A stretch of 64,000 nt of DNA from Gammaproteobacteria bacterium (GTDB taxonomy: Bacteria; Pseudomonadota; Gammaproteobacteria; Eutrophobiales; Eutrophobiaceae), in the NCBI GenBank assembly GCA_965116495.1, contig OZ220696.1:192001-256000 (forward strand), read 5' to 3'. Both the position numbers and the translations under genes were made by a program. This document shows positions 32,900 to 44,469 of this stretch, piece after piece. Position 1 is the stretch's first letter; the number at the start of each line of letters is the position of its first letter. The notes under the pieces were generated by a model. That model was not told the DNA's origin, did no database searches, and saw only the letters and a program-made list of their open reading frames with translations.

Positions 32900-35227
32900 A
32901 TGTTGTCCGCAAGATTAAAAGCCTGTTTCCGTACATCGATTCTGGCGACGTTGTTGATCACCGGCTTCGTTCCACAGCTATGCGCACAGGAATTTGTTAT
33001 TGAGGATATCCGGGTTGAGGGACTGCAACGCCTGACTCCGGGAACCGTATTCAACTACCTGCCGCTGGAAGTGGGCGACAGTTTTAATCCCGCCGTATCC
33101 GCTGAAGCAGTCAGTGCCCTGTTCAAGACAGGTTTTTTCGATGATGTACAACTGCAGCGGGATGGCAACGTGCTGGTTATTGTCTTGAAGGAAAGGGCGG
33201 CAATCGGCAGTATTGAAATCAGTGGCAACAAGGATATAAAAACCGAAGATTTACTGGATGGCCTGAACCAGATAGGTTTTGCCCAGGGCCGGGTGTTTGA
33301 CCAGTCGCAACTGGATGGACTGGAGCGTGAACTGCGCCGGCAATACTTTTCCGCTGGTAAGTATGCCGTGACAATCAATTCGGAAGTGACGCCGTTAGCC
33401 AACAACAGGGTTGCTGTGACCATCGATATCTCGGAAGGGAAAGCAGCCCGGATCAAACAGATCAATATCGTCGGCAACCAGTCCTACAAGGAAGATGATT
33501 TACTGGCCGATTTTGAATTGTCCAGACCCACGCTGCTTTCCTTCTTTACCAAGGACGACCAGTATTCACGGCAGAAATTATCGGGTGACCTGGAGACCCT
33601 GCGGTCGTTTTATCTGGACCGGGGCTACGTGAACTTCAGCATTGACTCCACCCAGGTGTCCATTACTCCTGACAAGAAAGATATATACATCACAATCAAT
33701 ATCACCGAAGGCGGGCAGTATACCGTGACGGTGGTGAAGCTGGCAGGTGAGTTCATTCTCCCGGAGGAACAGTTGTACAACCTCATCAGCGTCACCCGGG
33801 GAAGCCTGTTCTCCCGCAAACAGGTGACTGACAGCAGTGAGCGGATGACCAACCGCCTGGGCGGCGTCGGCTACGCCTTCGCCAATATTAATTCCATCCC
33901 GGATATTAATGAAGAAGACAATACGGTGGAAGTCACATTTTTTGTTGACCCGGGTAAACGGGTTTACGTGAGAAGAATCAATTTTTCAGGTAATACCAGG
34001 ACCAAGGATGATGTTGTGAGACGGGAAATGCGCCAGCATGAAGGAGGCTGGATTTCCACTCCCAAGGTAGAGCGGGGAAAGATCAGGCTGCAGCGACTGG
34101 GCTACTTCGAAGAGGTCAACGTGGAGACCCCGGCCATAGCCGGTTCCGCGGACCAGGTGGATGTTAATTATACCGTGACTGAAAAGCCGTTCGGTAACTT
34201 TCTGGCCGGCCTGGGCTTTTCCCAGAACCAGGGACTGATATTCCAGACCAGCATCACCCAGGACAATTTCCTGGGTTCCGGGAAACGTATCCAGTTTGCG
34301 TTCAACAACAGTGATATCAATCGCAGGTTTTCACTGGGTTATGTGAATCCTTACTACACTGTTGACGGAATAAGCCGGGGATTTAATGTAAATTACCAGG
34401 AGACCGAGGCCTATGACGCCAATATCACCGCCTTTGACAGCCGGGTCATCGGGGCCGGAGTCAGTTTTGGCGTGCCGGTGACGGAATATAATTTCATCAG
34501 TACCGCATTCAATTACGAAAATACCACGTTGTCCGAGGATCGCTTCTTTGCAGAGCAGGTCAGGGATTTTATTGAGCGGGAAGGTAATAAATTCGATATT
34601 CTCAGGCTCTCTGCTGCGTTTTCCTACGACACGCGCAACCGGGCGATATTACCGACCCGGGGCATACAGCACCGGTTCAGTACGGAGATGGCGGTTCCCT
34701 CATTCGGTGATTCTCTGGAATTTTTCAAAGTCGGGTACAGGACCCAGTGGTACCATCCGGTCCTGCGCAGTTTCATATTTACCATCAAGGGTGATTTCGG
34801 CTATGGAAACGGCCTGTTCGGGACTGACGAACTTCCGTTTTTTGAAAATTTCTATGCCGGTGGCCCCCGTTCCGTACGCGGCTATGAGGAAAATACCCTG
34901 GGGCCGAAGGATACGCCGGTCCATGGCGGGACGAGACGCCGCCCGTTAGGTGGCAATATCAAGGTTGTAGGTGGGGCGGAAATGATATTTCCCCTGCCGT
35001 TTCTCAAGGAATTCAAGCAGGTCAGATTTGCCGCGTTTTTTGACGGCGGCAACGTTTATTCCAGCGATGAATCATTCGAATTCAGCGAACTCAGGTATTC
35101 TACCGGCTTGAGCGGCATCTGGATCTCACCTTTTGGCCTGGTAAGTGTTAGTATAGCCAAACCCATTGGAGACCAGGTAGGAGATGAGACGCAACCGTTC
35201 CAGTTTACCTTTGGATCGACATTTTAG
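32900..35227 (+). CDS. bamA: Outer membrane protein assembly factor BamA
   Basis: POTRA repeats, SVRGY, terminal Phe. Confidence 0.97.
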   Translation: MLSARLKACFRTSILATLLITGFVPQLCAQEFVIEDIRVEGLQRLTPGTVFNYLPLEVGDSFNPAVSAEAVSALFKTGFFDDVQLQRDGNVLVIVLKERAAIGSIEISGNKDIKTEDLLDGLNQIGFAQGRVFDQSQLDGLERELRRQYFSAGKYAVTINSEVTPLANNRVAVTIDISEGKAARIKQINIVGNQSYKEDDLLADFELSRPTLLSFFTKDDQYSRQKLSGDLETLRSFYLDRGYVNFSIDSTQVSITPDKKDIYITINITEGGQYTVTVVKLAGEFILPEEQLYNLISVTRGSLFSRKQVTDSSERMTNRLGGVGYAFANINSIPDINEEDNTVEVTFFVDPGKRVYVRRINFSGNTRTKDDVVRREMRQHEGGWISTPKVERGKIRLQRLGYFEEVNVETPAIAGSADQVDVNYTVTEKPFGNFLAGLGFSQNQGLIFQTSITQDNFLGSGKRIQFAFNNSDINRRFSLGYVNPYYTVDGISRGFNVNYQETEAYDANITAFDSRVIGAGVSFGVPVTEYNFISTAFNYENTTLSEDRFFAEQVRDFIEREGNKFDILRLSAAFSYDTRNRAILPTRGIQHRFSTEMAVPSFGDSLEFFKVGYRTQWYHPVLRSFIFTIKGDFGYGNGLFGTDELPFFENFYAGGPRSVRGYEENTLGPKDTPVHGGTRRRPLGGNIKVVGGAEMIFPLPFLKEFKQVRFAAFFDGGNVYSSDESFEFSELRYSTGLSGIWISPFGLVSVSIAKPIGDQVGDETQPFQFTFGSTF

Positions 35228-35284
35228 AAAAACCCTGTTCCGGTGTGGTGTATACTGAGATTTATTTATAACAAATTGGAGTCT

Positions 35285-35827
35285 ATGAGTGCTATGAGGC
35301 TTACCCATTTCCTGGTATGTTTTTTTGCAGTCGGTTTTATGCAGGATGTGATTGCCGAGGATTACAAGATCGGCGCCGTTAACGCGATACGCATCCTGGA
35401 ACAATCCCCCCAGGCTGAGAAGATGCGTAACTTGCTTGAAAAAGAGTTTGCCCCGCGCGACCGGGAACTGGTTGCCGCGCAGAAGTCATTAAAAGAAATG
35501 GAAGACCGCCTGACAAAAGACGCCCCCATCATGAGCGAGGCGGAAAGGAGCAAGCTGGAGCGGGACATCATCAATGAACGGCGTGACCTGAAACGCAACC
35601 AGGATGAATTCCGCGAAGACCTCACCTTCCGCAGGAATGAGGAAATTGCAAGTATTCAAAAAGATATCGTCGATGCCATCAATACCATCGCCAGAGAAAA
35701 CGGCTTTGACATGATATTGAATGAAGGCGTTATTTTTGCCAGCCCTAAAGTGGATATATCCCAGCTTGTCATAGATAAGTTGAAGATGGAAAATGACTCG
35801 GGGAAAGACATTGATGGAGCGGAATAG
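35285..35827 (+). CDS. skp: Periplasmic chaperone Skp/OmpH (start approximate)
   Basis: Signal peptide, KIGAVN, coiled coil; bamA-lpxD synteny. Confidence 0.9.
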   Translation: MSAMRLTHFLVCFFAVGFMQDVIAEDYKIGAVNAIRILEQSPQAEKMRNLLEKEFAPRDRELVAAQKSLKEMEDRLTKDAPIMSEAERSKLERDIINERRDLKRNQDEFREDLTFRRNEEIASIQKDIVDAINTIARENGFDMILNEGVIFASPKVDISQLVIDKLKMENDSGKDIDGAE

Positions 35828-35850
35828 TACGGCCTGGTGTAGCCATAGCC

Positions 35851-36867
35851 ATGACCGCAACATTGGCAGAAATTGCTGCTGTTTGTGACGCAGAACTGCA
35901 AGGCGACCCTGCCGGTGAGATAATCAATGTTGCCAGCCTGCATAATTCTGCAGTGGGCGACCTGTCTTTTTATATTAACAAAAATCATTATGCCGACCTG
36001 GAAACGACCCGCGCCAGCGCGGTGCTATTGACCGCAGCAGATGCCCCGGCGTGCCCGACCGCGAAACTGATCTCGGATGATCCCTACCTCGCTTATGCAA
36101 AAGCGGCCAGGTTCCTTAACCCGGTAGCTGAATTCACCCCCGGTATTCACCCATCGGCAGTAGTGGATGCAACTGCTGTTATCGCGGCCGGTTGTTTTAT
36201 CGGCGCCAACGCCGTAATCGGCGAAAACGTAGTGATCGGTCCGGGGACATATATCGGTCCTGGTTGCGTAATTGAAGCGAACGTTGTAATCGGTAATCAT
36301 TGCCGTTTCTATGCTAACGTGAGCCTGATGGGACGTGTTGAAATCGGTATGCGGGTATTGCTTCACCCTGGGGTTGTGATAGGGGCGGATGGTTACGGCA
36401 TCGCCAATGACGCGGGCCGCTGGTTGAAAATCCCTCAACTCGGTGATGTCGTCATTCAGGATGATGTTGAGATAGGCGCCAACACAACTATTGACAGGGG
36501 GTCGCTGGAAACCACCGTGATAGAAACCGGGGTTAAAATCGATAATCAGGTACAAATCGGACATAATACCCGGATAGGGGAACACACGGCCATTGCCGGC
36601 GCGGCGGTAGTTGCCGGTAGTGTAAAGATAGGCAGGAGATGTATGATTGGCGGAGCCAGCGCCATTACCGGTCATATCGAGATTGCTGATGACGTGGTCA
36701 TTACCGGGATGTCCGGTGTGCCAAACAGTATCAAACAAGCCGGCGTCTATTCTTCGGGAGTGCCCATAACGGATAACAGCACCTGGCGAAAAAATATGGC
36801 GAGACTCAGGCGTCTTGATGAGATTGCAAGGAAAGTAGCCCGAATGGAAAAACAGGCAAAACAGTGA
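35851..36867 (+). CDS. lpxD: UDP-3-O-acylglucosamine N-acyltransferase
   Basis: Hexapeptide repeats, KIDNQVQIGHN. Confidence 0.96.
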   Translation: MTATLAEIAAVCDAELQGDPAGEIINVASLHNSAVGDLSFYINKNHYADLETTRASAVLLTAADAPACPTAKLISDDPYLAYAKAARFLNPVAEFTPGIHPSAVVDATAVIAAGCFIGANAVIGENVVIGPGTYIGPGCVIEANVVIGNHCRFYANVSLMGRVEIGMRVLLHPGVVIGADGYGIANDAGRWLKIPQLGDVVIQDDVEIGANTTIDRGSLETTVIETGVKIDNQVQIGHNTRIGEHTAIAGAAVVAGSVKIGRRCMIGGASAITGHIEIADDVVITGMSGVPNSIKQAGVYSSGVPITDNSTWRKNMARLRRLDEIARKVARMEKQAKQ

Positions 36868-36905
36868 CATACCATACACGCAGATGAATACAGGTTTACG
36901 CTACC

Positions 36906-37355
36906 ATGCCGCAACTGGACGTTGATCAGATCAAGAAGGCGCTACCGCACCGCTATCCCATGCTGTTACTGGACAAAGTGACAGACTATGAACCGGGAGT
37001 TTTCCTGACGGCCATCAAGAACGTCACGGTAAATGAGCCTTTTTTCCAGGGACATTTCCCCCAGCAGCCGATCATGCCCGGCGTATTCATTGTTGAGGCC
37101 ATGGCACAGGCCTCCGCGGTGCTGGGGCTGCTGTCGGCAGAAGGGGAGCGGCACTGGAACAAGCTGTATTACCTGGTCGGCGTAGACAAGGCCAGGTTCA
37201 GGAAAACTGTAGGGCCGGGCGATCAACTGGTGGTCGAGGTAAAATTCGTTGCATTAAGGAGAAATATCTGGCGCTTTTCCTGTGTTGCCAAAGTCAACGG
37301 TACGACAGTGGCTGATGCGGATTTATTGACTACTATTGCGGATCGGGAGACTTGA
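36906..37355 (+). CDS. fabZ: 3-hydroxyacyl-ACP dehydratase
   Basis: [19 protein letters not shown]. Confidence 0.97.
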   Translation: MPQLDVDQIKKALPHRYPMLLLDKVTDYEPGVFLTAIKNVTVNEPFFQGHFPQQPIMPGVFIVEAMAQASAVLGLLSAEGERHWNKLYYLVGVDKARFRKTVGPGDQLVVEVKFVALRRNIWRFSCVAKVNGTTVADADLLTTIADRET

Positions 37356-38125
37356 TCGAATCCACAGCGAAAGTGCATCCCGGTGCTGAAATTGGAACAG
37401 GGGTCAGGATTGGGGCCTATTCCATCATAGGGGATCAGGTTCAAATTGCAGACAACTGTGAAATAGGTCCGCACGTAGTTGTCAAAGGCCCCACCCGGAT
37501 TGGCGAAGCAACCCGAATCTCGCAATTCGCATCAATCGGGGACGAGCCCCAGGACAAAAAGTATCAGGGTGAAGCCGGGTCTTTTCTGGAGATCGGCTCC
37601 AGCAACGTCATAAGGGAATTCTGCACTATCAACCGCGGAACGGCGCAGGGCGGAGGGACAACCCGGGTCGGTAATAACAACTGGATTATGGCATACGTGC
37701 ATATAGCGCATGATTGTCTGGTGGGTAATAACACGATCTTCGCCAATAACGCCACCCTGGCAGGGCATGTACACATTGATGATTTTGCCGTTCTGGGCGG
37801 ATTTACCGGCGTGCACCAGTTCTGCCGGGTTGGTTGCCATAGTATTTCGGCTATCGCTTCCATTATCGTAAAAGATGTTCCACCGTACCTGATGGTGTCC
37901 GGAAATACCGCTAAACCGAGCGGGTTGAACAGGGTGGGGCTCAGACGTAACGGATTTTCGGACAAGTCGGTTGATGCGCTCAGAAAGGCTTACCGGATGG
38001 TCTATCGGGAAGGACTGCTTCTGAAAGATGCCCTGAAAAAACTCGAAACACTGGCAGACGCCAACGGGGAAGTTGCCAATTTCACCCGGTTCATCAGGGG
38101 GTCCAAGCGTGGGATTATTCGTTAG
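37352..38125 (+). CDS. lpxA: UDP-N-acetylglucosamine acyltransferase
   Basis: PQDKKY, HIAHDC, VHQF. Confidence 0.97.
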   Translation: MIESTAKVHPGAEIGTGVRIGAYSIIGDQVQIADNCEIGPHVVVKGPTRIGEATRISQFASIGDEPQDKKYQGEAGSFLEIGSSNVIREFCTINRGTAQGGGTTRVGNNNWIMAYVHIAHDCLVGNNTIFANNATLAGHVHIDDFAVLGGFTGVHQFCRVGCHSISAIASIIVKDVPPYLMVSGNTAKPSGLNRVGLRRNGFSDKSVDALRKAYRMVYREGLLLKDALKKLETLADANGEVANFTRFIRGSKRGIIR

Positions 38126-38156
38126 CGTCTGGAAGACGAGCGCCTCATGCAGGTGA

Positions 38157-39311
38157 GTGGAAGTGAGAATCGGAATAGTAGCAGGGGAGCCTTCCGGAGA
38201 TTTTTTAGCCGCGCAGCTAATCAGGTCCATCAGAAAAAACAGGCCTGACGTCAGTGTGGAAGGCATAGGGGGGAAAAGGTTATCCGAGGCAGGCTGTGAA
38301 ATTCTGTTCCCCATGGAAAAACTGGCGGTTATGGGACTGGTGGAAGTACTGGGGAAAGTATGGGAACTGCGCGGGTTACGGGCAAGGCTTGCAGACCATT
38401 TCATAAATAATCCACCGGACGTGTTTATCGGAGTCGATTCTCCCGACTTTAATCTCGGCCTGGAAAGGACATTAAGAAAAAACGGCATAAAAACTGTTCA
38501 TTATGTCTGTCCGACGATTTGGGCATGGCGTACCTGGCGAGCGCGGAAGATCAGAAATGCCGCAGATCTCGTACTATCGGTATTTCCTTTCGAGGTGGAA
38601 TTTTTCCGCAAACATCACATTCCGATAAGCTATGTCGGCCATCCGCTGGCCGGGGAGGTGGATATGCAGCCTGATGTGGAAAGCGCACGCCGGCGTTTGG
38701 GTCTGTCCGCACAGGTTTTGACGGTTGCTGTTCTCCCGGGCAGCAGGAGTTCGGAACTGGACAGGATGACAGGCCCTTTCATCGAAACGGCAGCCTGGCT
38801 GGATGCGCGTTATGACGAGATCCAGTTTGTGGCTAACGCAGTGGATGAGGCCGCAGAAATCCGCTTGAACGCGGCTGCAAAAAAAAGGGGGTTGCAGTTA
38901 AAGATAGTTAATAACAGGATTGGTGACACATTGGCGGCTGCGGACGTTGCCCTGGTGGCTTCAGGTACGGTTACCCTTGAAGCGATGCTGCATAAAGTTC
39001 CCATGGTGGTGGCTTACAGAATGCATAGCCTCACGTTTTGGATAGTACGGGCATTGATCAAGGTAAAATTTGTATCCCTGCCCAACCTGCTGGCGAACCG
39101 CAAACTGGTTCCCGAGTACTTTCAGTCGGAATGCCGGGCGGACGTGCTGGGACCTGCACTGCAATACTGGTTGGAAAGTCCCGATAATGTCCGGACATTG
39201 TCCCATTATTTTACGCACCTGCACATGTCCCTGCAGAGATCTGACGAAAGCGCGGCACAGGCGGTCCTGACGCTGGCCGATCCTCAACAGCTACACAGGA
39301 CACAAGGTTAA
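38157..39311 (+). CDS. lpxB: Lipid A disaccharide synthase
   Basis: AGEPSGD, DSPDFN, LPGSR. Confidence 0.96.
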   Translation: MEVRIGIVAGEPSGDFLAAQLIRSIRKNRPDVSVEGIGGKRLSEAGCEILFPMEKLAVMGLVEVLGKVWELRGLRARLADHFINNPPDVFIGVDSPDFNLGLERTLRKNGIKTVHYVCPTIWAWRTWRARKIRNAADLVLSVFPFEVEFFRKHHIPISYVGHPLAGEVDMQPDVESARRRLGLSAQVLTVAVLPGSRSSELDRMTGPFIETAAWLDARYDEIQFVANAVDEAAEIRLNAAAKKRGLQLKIVNNRIGDTLAAADVALVASGTVTLEAMLHKVPMVVAYRMHSLTFWIVRALIKVKFVSLPNLLANRKLVPEYFQSECRADVLGPALQYWLESPDNVRTLSHYFTHLHMSLQRSDESAAQAVLTLADPQQLHRTQG

Positions 39312-39370
39312 CCCGGTGCCCCCTGTAGCAGAGATATCATGCCGTGTGCCGTGAGCCTGGAATAAAGACT

Positions 39371-39946
39371 ATGCCTGGTTTATTTCTGGTAGCCGGTGTT
39401 GATGAGGCGGGGAGGGGGCCGCTTGCCGGTCCGGTCATCGCAGCCGCAGTAATTCTGGATGAGGCAGAAAGGATTACCGGTTTGGCTGATTCCAAGACCT
39501 TGTCAGAACAGCGCAGGGAAAAACTGGCGCAGGTAATCAGGGACAAGGCGCTGGACTGCTCCATCGGCCGGGCGGACCACCTGGAGATTGACCGTCTGAA
39601 TGTATTGAATGCAAGCCTGCTGGCAATGCAGCGCGCCATTCACGGATTGAACATGGAGCCGGCCCGGGTCCTGGTCGACGGCAATCGATGCCCGGATATC
39701 GACTACCCGGTGACTGCCATAATTAAAGGTGATCGAACCGAAGCCTGCATCAGCGCTGCCTCGATCCTGGCAAAGGTGAGCAGGGACCGGGAAATGCGGG
39801 AAATGGACCGGAAGTATCCAGGCTACGGCTTCGCCCGGCACAAGGGCTATCCGACCCGGGAGCATGTGCGAACATTATCTGATATCGGCCCTTGTCCAAT
39901 TCACCGACGCAGTTTTATGCCGGTGCAGCGCTGTCTGGAGTTGTGA
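39371..39946 (+). CDS. rnhB: Ribonuclease HII
   Basis: [23 protein letters not shown]. Confidence 0.97.
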   Translation: MPGLFLVAGVDEAGRGPLAGPVIAAAVILDEAERITGLADSKTLSEQRREKLAQVIRDKALDCSIGRADHLEIDRLNVLNASLLAMQRAIHGLNMEPARVLVDGNRCPDIDYPVTAIIKGDRTEACISAASILAKVSRDREMREMDRKYPGYGFARHKGYPTREHVRTLSDIGPCPIHRRSFMPVQRCLEL

Positions 39947-39956
39947 CTGAGCAGTG

Positions 39957-42900
39957 ATGGAAACGGCAGAAAGCAAGTTCGTTCATTTACACGTCCACAC
40001 GGAATATTCCCTGGTAGACGGCCTGTTGCGAGTGGGTGATTACGTTAGCGCCCTGGTGGAAAAAGGCATGACGAGTGCGGCCGTCACCGAATTGCATAAC
40101 GTATTTTCGATGGTTAAATTTTATCGAAAATGCCTGGATATGGGTGTCAAACCGATCATTGGTGCTGAAATTAACCTGGCAGATGAACAGGGCGACGACA
40201 AGGACCACAGACTGGTGCTGCTATGCCGGAATAACGACGGATTCAGAAACCTGGCGGAACTGGTTACCCGCAGCTACACCCACGGTCAGGCTCGCGGTGC
40301 GCCGGTTATCCGGAGAGAGTGGTTAAAACAACACGCAGCAGACCTGATCGCCTTGTCCGGCGCTAGGAACGGTGCAATCGGCCAGTCTCTCATGCACAAT
40401 CAAATCGAAAACGCCAGGGAACATCTCGCCTGGTTCCGGGACTTGTTCCCGGACCGGTTTTACCTGGAACTGCAACGAACCGGCCGGCAAGGAGAGGATA
40501 TATATATAGAGGAAGTCATGGACCTTGCGACCGAATTCGACATGCCCGCGGTTGCAACCAATGACGTGCGGTTTTTAACGCCTGATGATTTTGCCGCCCA
40601 CGAAGCCCGGGTGTGTATCCATAGCGGTTATACACTTAACGATCCCAAGCGGCCGCGCCTTTACAGTAATGAACAATACCTGAAGACAGCAGAGCAAATG
40701 GCAGAGTTGTTTCATGACCTGCCGGAAGCCCTGGAGAACAGTGTAAATATTGCGAGACGCTGTAACCTTGAGTTGCAATTCGACGATTACCACTTGCCCG
40801 AGTTCCCTGTTCCTGAAGGCTTTGACCAGGCCGGCTGGCTGCAGCGGGATGCGCATACCGGGTTGAACAGACTGGTCGAAGAGAAGAATGCATCGGGTGG
40901 TGATATAGACCCGGAGCAATACAGGCAGCGCCTGGACCTTGAACTGGAGGTCATTACTAGCATGGGTTTCCCCGGTTATTTTCTCATCGTTGCCGATTTT
41001 ATCCGTTGGGCAAAACAGCAGGGCATACCGGTGGGTCCCGGGCGCGGTTCCGGAGGTGGTTCCCTGGTCGCTTACGTCCTCGGCATTACCGATCTGGACC
41101 CCATTGATCATGACTTGTTGTTCGAGCGGTTCCTGAATCCTGAAAGGGTATCGTTACCGGATTTCGACGTGGACTTTTGTATGGACAGACGCGATGAAGT
41201 GATTGAATACGTTTCCAGCCGCTACGGCCGCGAGCGTGTTTCCCAGATTATCACTTTCGGAAGCATGGCTGCTAAAGCAGTGGTGCGTGATGTCGGCAGG
41301 GTTCTCGGACATCCTTACGGTTACGTCGACAAGATAGCTAAGCTAATCCCGTTTGAACTGGATATGACACTGGACCGTGCGCTGAACGAAGAGGAGACGC
41401 TCAAGCAGCGCTACGCAGAGGAAGAGGAACTCAGGATACTTATTGACCTGGCAAAAAAACTGGAGGGACTGGTCCGCAACGCGGGAAAACACGCCGGCGG
41501 CATCGTCATCTCGCCACGGGCCTTGACCGAGTACATGCCCCTATATTGCGAAAAGAACACCATGGTCACGTCAACCCAGTTTGACATGGGTGACGTGGAA
41601 ACCATCGGCCTGGTCAAGTTCGATTTTCTGGGTTTGCGGACCCTGACCATTATTGATTGGGCGGTGAAGGATATCAATGAATTGTTACTTGACAAGACTG
41701 CCGCAAAACTGGATATCAGGACCATTGAACTTGATGATATGGATACTTATGCAACGATCAGGCGCATGGATACCAGCGCCGTATTTCAGTTGGAATCGGA
41801 CGGGATGAGAAAACTGATAAAACGGCTTGAGCCGGATAAATTCGATGACCTGGTCGCCCTGGTGGCGTTGTTTCGACCCGGCCCGCTGGATTCGGGGATG
41901 GTTGATGATTTCATCGACAGGAAAAAAGGCAAAGCACAGGTACGCTATCACCACCCATCTCTGGAAACTGTATTGAAACCGACCTATGGCGTCATCCTGT
42001 ACCAGGAACAGGTGATGCAGATTGCCCGGTTGTTAGGAGGCTATACCCTGGGTTCTGCGGATTTGCTGAGACGCGCCATGGGAAAGAAAAAGCGCGAAGA
42101 AATGTCCCTGCAAAGAGATATATTCGTGAACGGAGCGATAAAAAACCAGGTCAGTGAAAAGGTGGCCACATCCATATTCGACCTGATGGAAAAATTTGCG
42201 GGTTATGGGTTCAATAAATCCCACTCCGTCGCTTATGCCTTGCTGGCTTACCAGACAGCCTGGTTGAAAACGCATTATCCCGCGGCATTCATGGCGGCAG
42301 TGCTGTCTGCGGACATGAATAATACGGACAAGATTGTCAGGTTGATTGAAGAGTTGAGGAGAATGAAACTGGTCCTGAAGCCGCCTTCGGTTAATTCCAG
42401 TGATTACAAGTTCAAGGTTGTCGATGCGCACACTATTTTATTCGGCCTGGGTGCAATAAAGGGAGTAGGCCAATCCGCAATCATAAGATTGTGCGAGGAA
42501 AGGCAGGAGCACGGGGACTTCTCCGACCTGTTCGAACTCTGCCGGCGCACCGATCCGCGCAGGGTTAACAAACGCGTTATTGAAGCCCTTATCCGGTCCG
42601 GCGCGCTGGATGATTTCGGTCAGCAGCGGAGTGTGCTGGCGGCCAGCCTGGAGCAGGCCATGAAGTTCGCTGAACAATATGTGGACAATGCGGATACAGG
42701 ACAGGACGACCTGTTCGGGACGGCGCTGCTGGCGGTGTCCGCCGACAGCGGAAACAAGTCTGAGATACCGTATGCCAGTGCGCCTGAGTGGGACGAGCAC
42801 GAACGCCTGATGGGAGAGAAGGAGACCCTGGGGTTCTACCTGGAAGGCCATCCAATCACCCGTTTCGAAAAAGAACTGTCAACATTCACCACATCCAATC

Positions 42901-43442
42901 TGGGCAAGGTCAGGGCCGGGGTGAACCTGGCGGTAGCCGGCTATATCGAGAATATACGTATCCGCAGCGGGGTCAGGGGACGTATGGCCGAGATCATGCT
43001 GGATGATAAAACCGCCCGGGTTCAAATCACGGCATACAGTGAAACCTACCAGCTTTACCGTGAGTTATTGCTGAAGGACCAACTGGTCATTATCAAGGGG
43101 GAAGCGGTGGAAGATGACTATTATGAATCCGGCGTTTCCATCGTCGCCAGGGAGGTTTACTCGCTTGCGCAACTGCGCGAGCGCTTCGCCGTTGTGCGGT
43201 TGAATATAGACAAGAACATGTTGGACAACGGGTTTATTCCCGGCCTGAAAGAGGTATTATCACGGCACGGGACCGGGACAAACCGGGTTTCAATGGAATA
43301 TAATAATAGATTCGTCTCAACCATTCTGGGATTCGGCAGCGGATGGACCGTAAAAATCAGTGACGAATTACTGGCCGAACTCGGCAACATGGTTGGCGCG
43401 GAGAACGTGAACCTGGATTTTCCGGGTAAGGTAAAATTATAG
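39957..43442 (+). CDS. dnaE: DNA polymerase III alpha subunit
   Basis: HLHVHTEYS PHP domain, GPGRGS, PDFDVDF, GFNKSH. Confidence 0.98.
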   Translation: METAESKFVHLHVHTEYSLVDGLLRVGDYVSALVEKGMTSAAVTELHNVFSMVKFYRKCLDMGVKPIIGAEINLADEQGDDKDHRLVLLCRNNDGFRNLAELVTRSYTHGQARGAPVIRREWLKQHAADLIALSGARNGAIGQSLMHNQIENAREHLAWFRDLFPDRFYLELQRTGRQGEDIYIEEVMDLATEFDMPAVATNDVRFLTPDDFAAHEARVCIHSGYTLNDPKRPRLYSNEQYLKTAEQMAELFHDLPEALENSVNIARRCNLELQFDDYHLPEFPVPEGFDQAGWLQRDAHTGLNRLVEEKNASGGDIDPEQYRQRLDLELEVITSMGFPGYFLIVADFIRWAKQQGIPVGPGRGSGGGSLVAYVLGITDLDPIDHDLLFERFLNPERVSLPDFDVDFCMDRRDEVIEYVSSRYGRERVSQIITFGSMAAKAVVRDVGRVLGHPYGYVDKIAKLIPFELDMTLDRALNEEETLKQRYAEEEELRILIDLAKKLEGLVRNAGKHAGGIVISPRALTEYMPLYCEKNTMVTSTQFDMGDVETIGLVKFDFLGLRTLTIIDWAVKDINELLLDKTAAKLDIRTIELDDMDTYATIRRMDTSAVFQLESDGMRKLIKRLEPDKFDDLVALVALFRPGPLDSGMVDDFIDRKKGKAQVRYHHPSLETVLKPTYGVILYQEQVMQIARLLGGYTLGSADLLRRAMGKKKREEMSLQRDIFVNGAIKNQVSEKVATSIFDLMEKFAGYGFNKSHSVAYALLAYQTAWLKTHYPAAFMAAVLSADMNNTDKIVRLIEELRRMKLVLKPPSVNSSDYKFKVVDAHTILFGLGAIKGVGQSAIIRLCEERQEHGDFSDLFELCRRTDPRRVNKRVIEALIRSGALDDFGQQRSVLAASLEQAMKFAEQYVDNADTGQDDLFGTALLAVSADSGNKSEIPYASAPEWDEHERLMGEKETLGFYLEGHPITRFEKELSTFTTSNLGKVRAGVNLAVAGYIENIRIRSGVRGRMAEIMLDDKTARVQITAYSETYQLYRELLLKDQLVIIKGEAVEDDYYESGVSIVAREVYSLAQLRERFAVVRLNIDKNMLDNGFIPGLKEVLSRHGTGTNRVSMEYNNRFVSTILGFGSGWTVKISDELLAELGNMVGAENVNLDFPGKVKL

Positions 43443-43454
43443 ACAACCTGTACA

Positions 43455-44426
43455 ATGGAACAACAGAATCAATCGGTTAATTTTCTCGATTTTGAGCAAC
43501 CTATTGCTGAACTGGAGGCAAAGATTGAGGAGTTACGTCATGTCAGTGATGACGGTGAACTGAATATTCACGATGAGATCACCCGGTTGCAGAAACGCAG
43601 CAAGGATCTGACCCAGGCTATTTTTACATCACTCAGCGCCTGGCAGATTTCCCAGATAGCCAGGCATCCGCTCAGACCCTATACCTCGGATTACGTGGGC
43701 AGGATTTTTACCGAGTTCAACGAACTGCACGGCGACCGTAATTATGCCGATGACCCCGCCATGCTGGCCGGTATTGCCCGTTTTGAAGGCGAACCGGTGG
43801 CGCTGATCGGACACCAGAAGGGGAGAGATATAAAGGAGAGAATTTACCGGAATTACGGGATGCCGAAGCCCGAAGGTTACCGCAAGGCGCTACGCATCAT
43901 GCAATTGGCGGAAAGATTTAATTTACCGGTAGTGACTTTTATCGATACGCCGGGGGCTTACCCGGGAATTGGCGCCGAAGAGCGCGGGCAAAGCGAGGCT
44001 ATTGCGAGAAATTTAATGGTCATGTCGGAGTTACGCACCCCTGTGATCGCAATTGTCATCGGTGAAGGAGGTTCTGGCGGCGCGCTGGCAATCGGCATAG
44101 GAGACAGGTTGAATATGCTGCAATACAGCACCTATTCGGTCATTTCCCCCGAAGGATGTGCGTCCATACTATGGAAAGATGCGGGCAGGGCTGAAGACGC
44201 AGCGGAAGCCCTGGGGGTAACCGCACAAAAGCTGCAAAAACTGGATGTGATTGACTGCATAATTGATGAACCCCTGGGTGGGGCGCACAGGGATTACGAC
44301 CAGGTGGCGGCCAACGTCGGTATGGAGATAAAAAAACAGTTGGCCGAACTGAAACAGGTGACCATCGACAAACTCCTGGATACCCGCCAATCACGGCTTC
44401 GCTGTTACGGGCACTATAATGAGTAA
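43455..44426 (+). CDS. accA: Acetyl-CoA carboxylase carboxyltransferase alpha
   Basis: [24 protein letters not shown]. Confidence 0.98.
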   Translation: MEQQNQSVNFLDFEQPIAELEAKIEELRHVSDDGELNIHDEITRLQKRSKDLTQAIFTSLSAWQISQIARHPLRPYTSDYVGRIFTEFNELHGDRNYADDPAMLAGIARFEGEPVALIGHQKGRDIKERIYRNYGMPKPEGYRKALRIMQLAERFNLPVVTFIDTPGAYPGIGAEERGQSEAIARNLMVMSELRTPVIAIVIGEGGSGGALAIGIGDRLNMLQYSTYSVISPEGCASILWKDAGRAEDAAEALGVTAQKLQKLDVIDCIIDEPLGGAHRDYDQVAANVGMEIKKQLAELKQVTIDKLLDTRQSRLRCYGHYNE

Positions 44427-44469
44427 AACAGGGGAGAGGGTTTTCATCCATACTGACTGACAGAATATT

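Noticed and set aside
36025-38488. Long antisense ORFs opposite lpxD, lpxA and lpxB (similarly 53144-54181 and 63036-63845)
   Set aside because: Antisense shadows of well-supported genes, with no motifs of their own.
39957-43442. Intein in dnaE
   Set aside because: Length and motif spacing are normal; no intein motifs seen.
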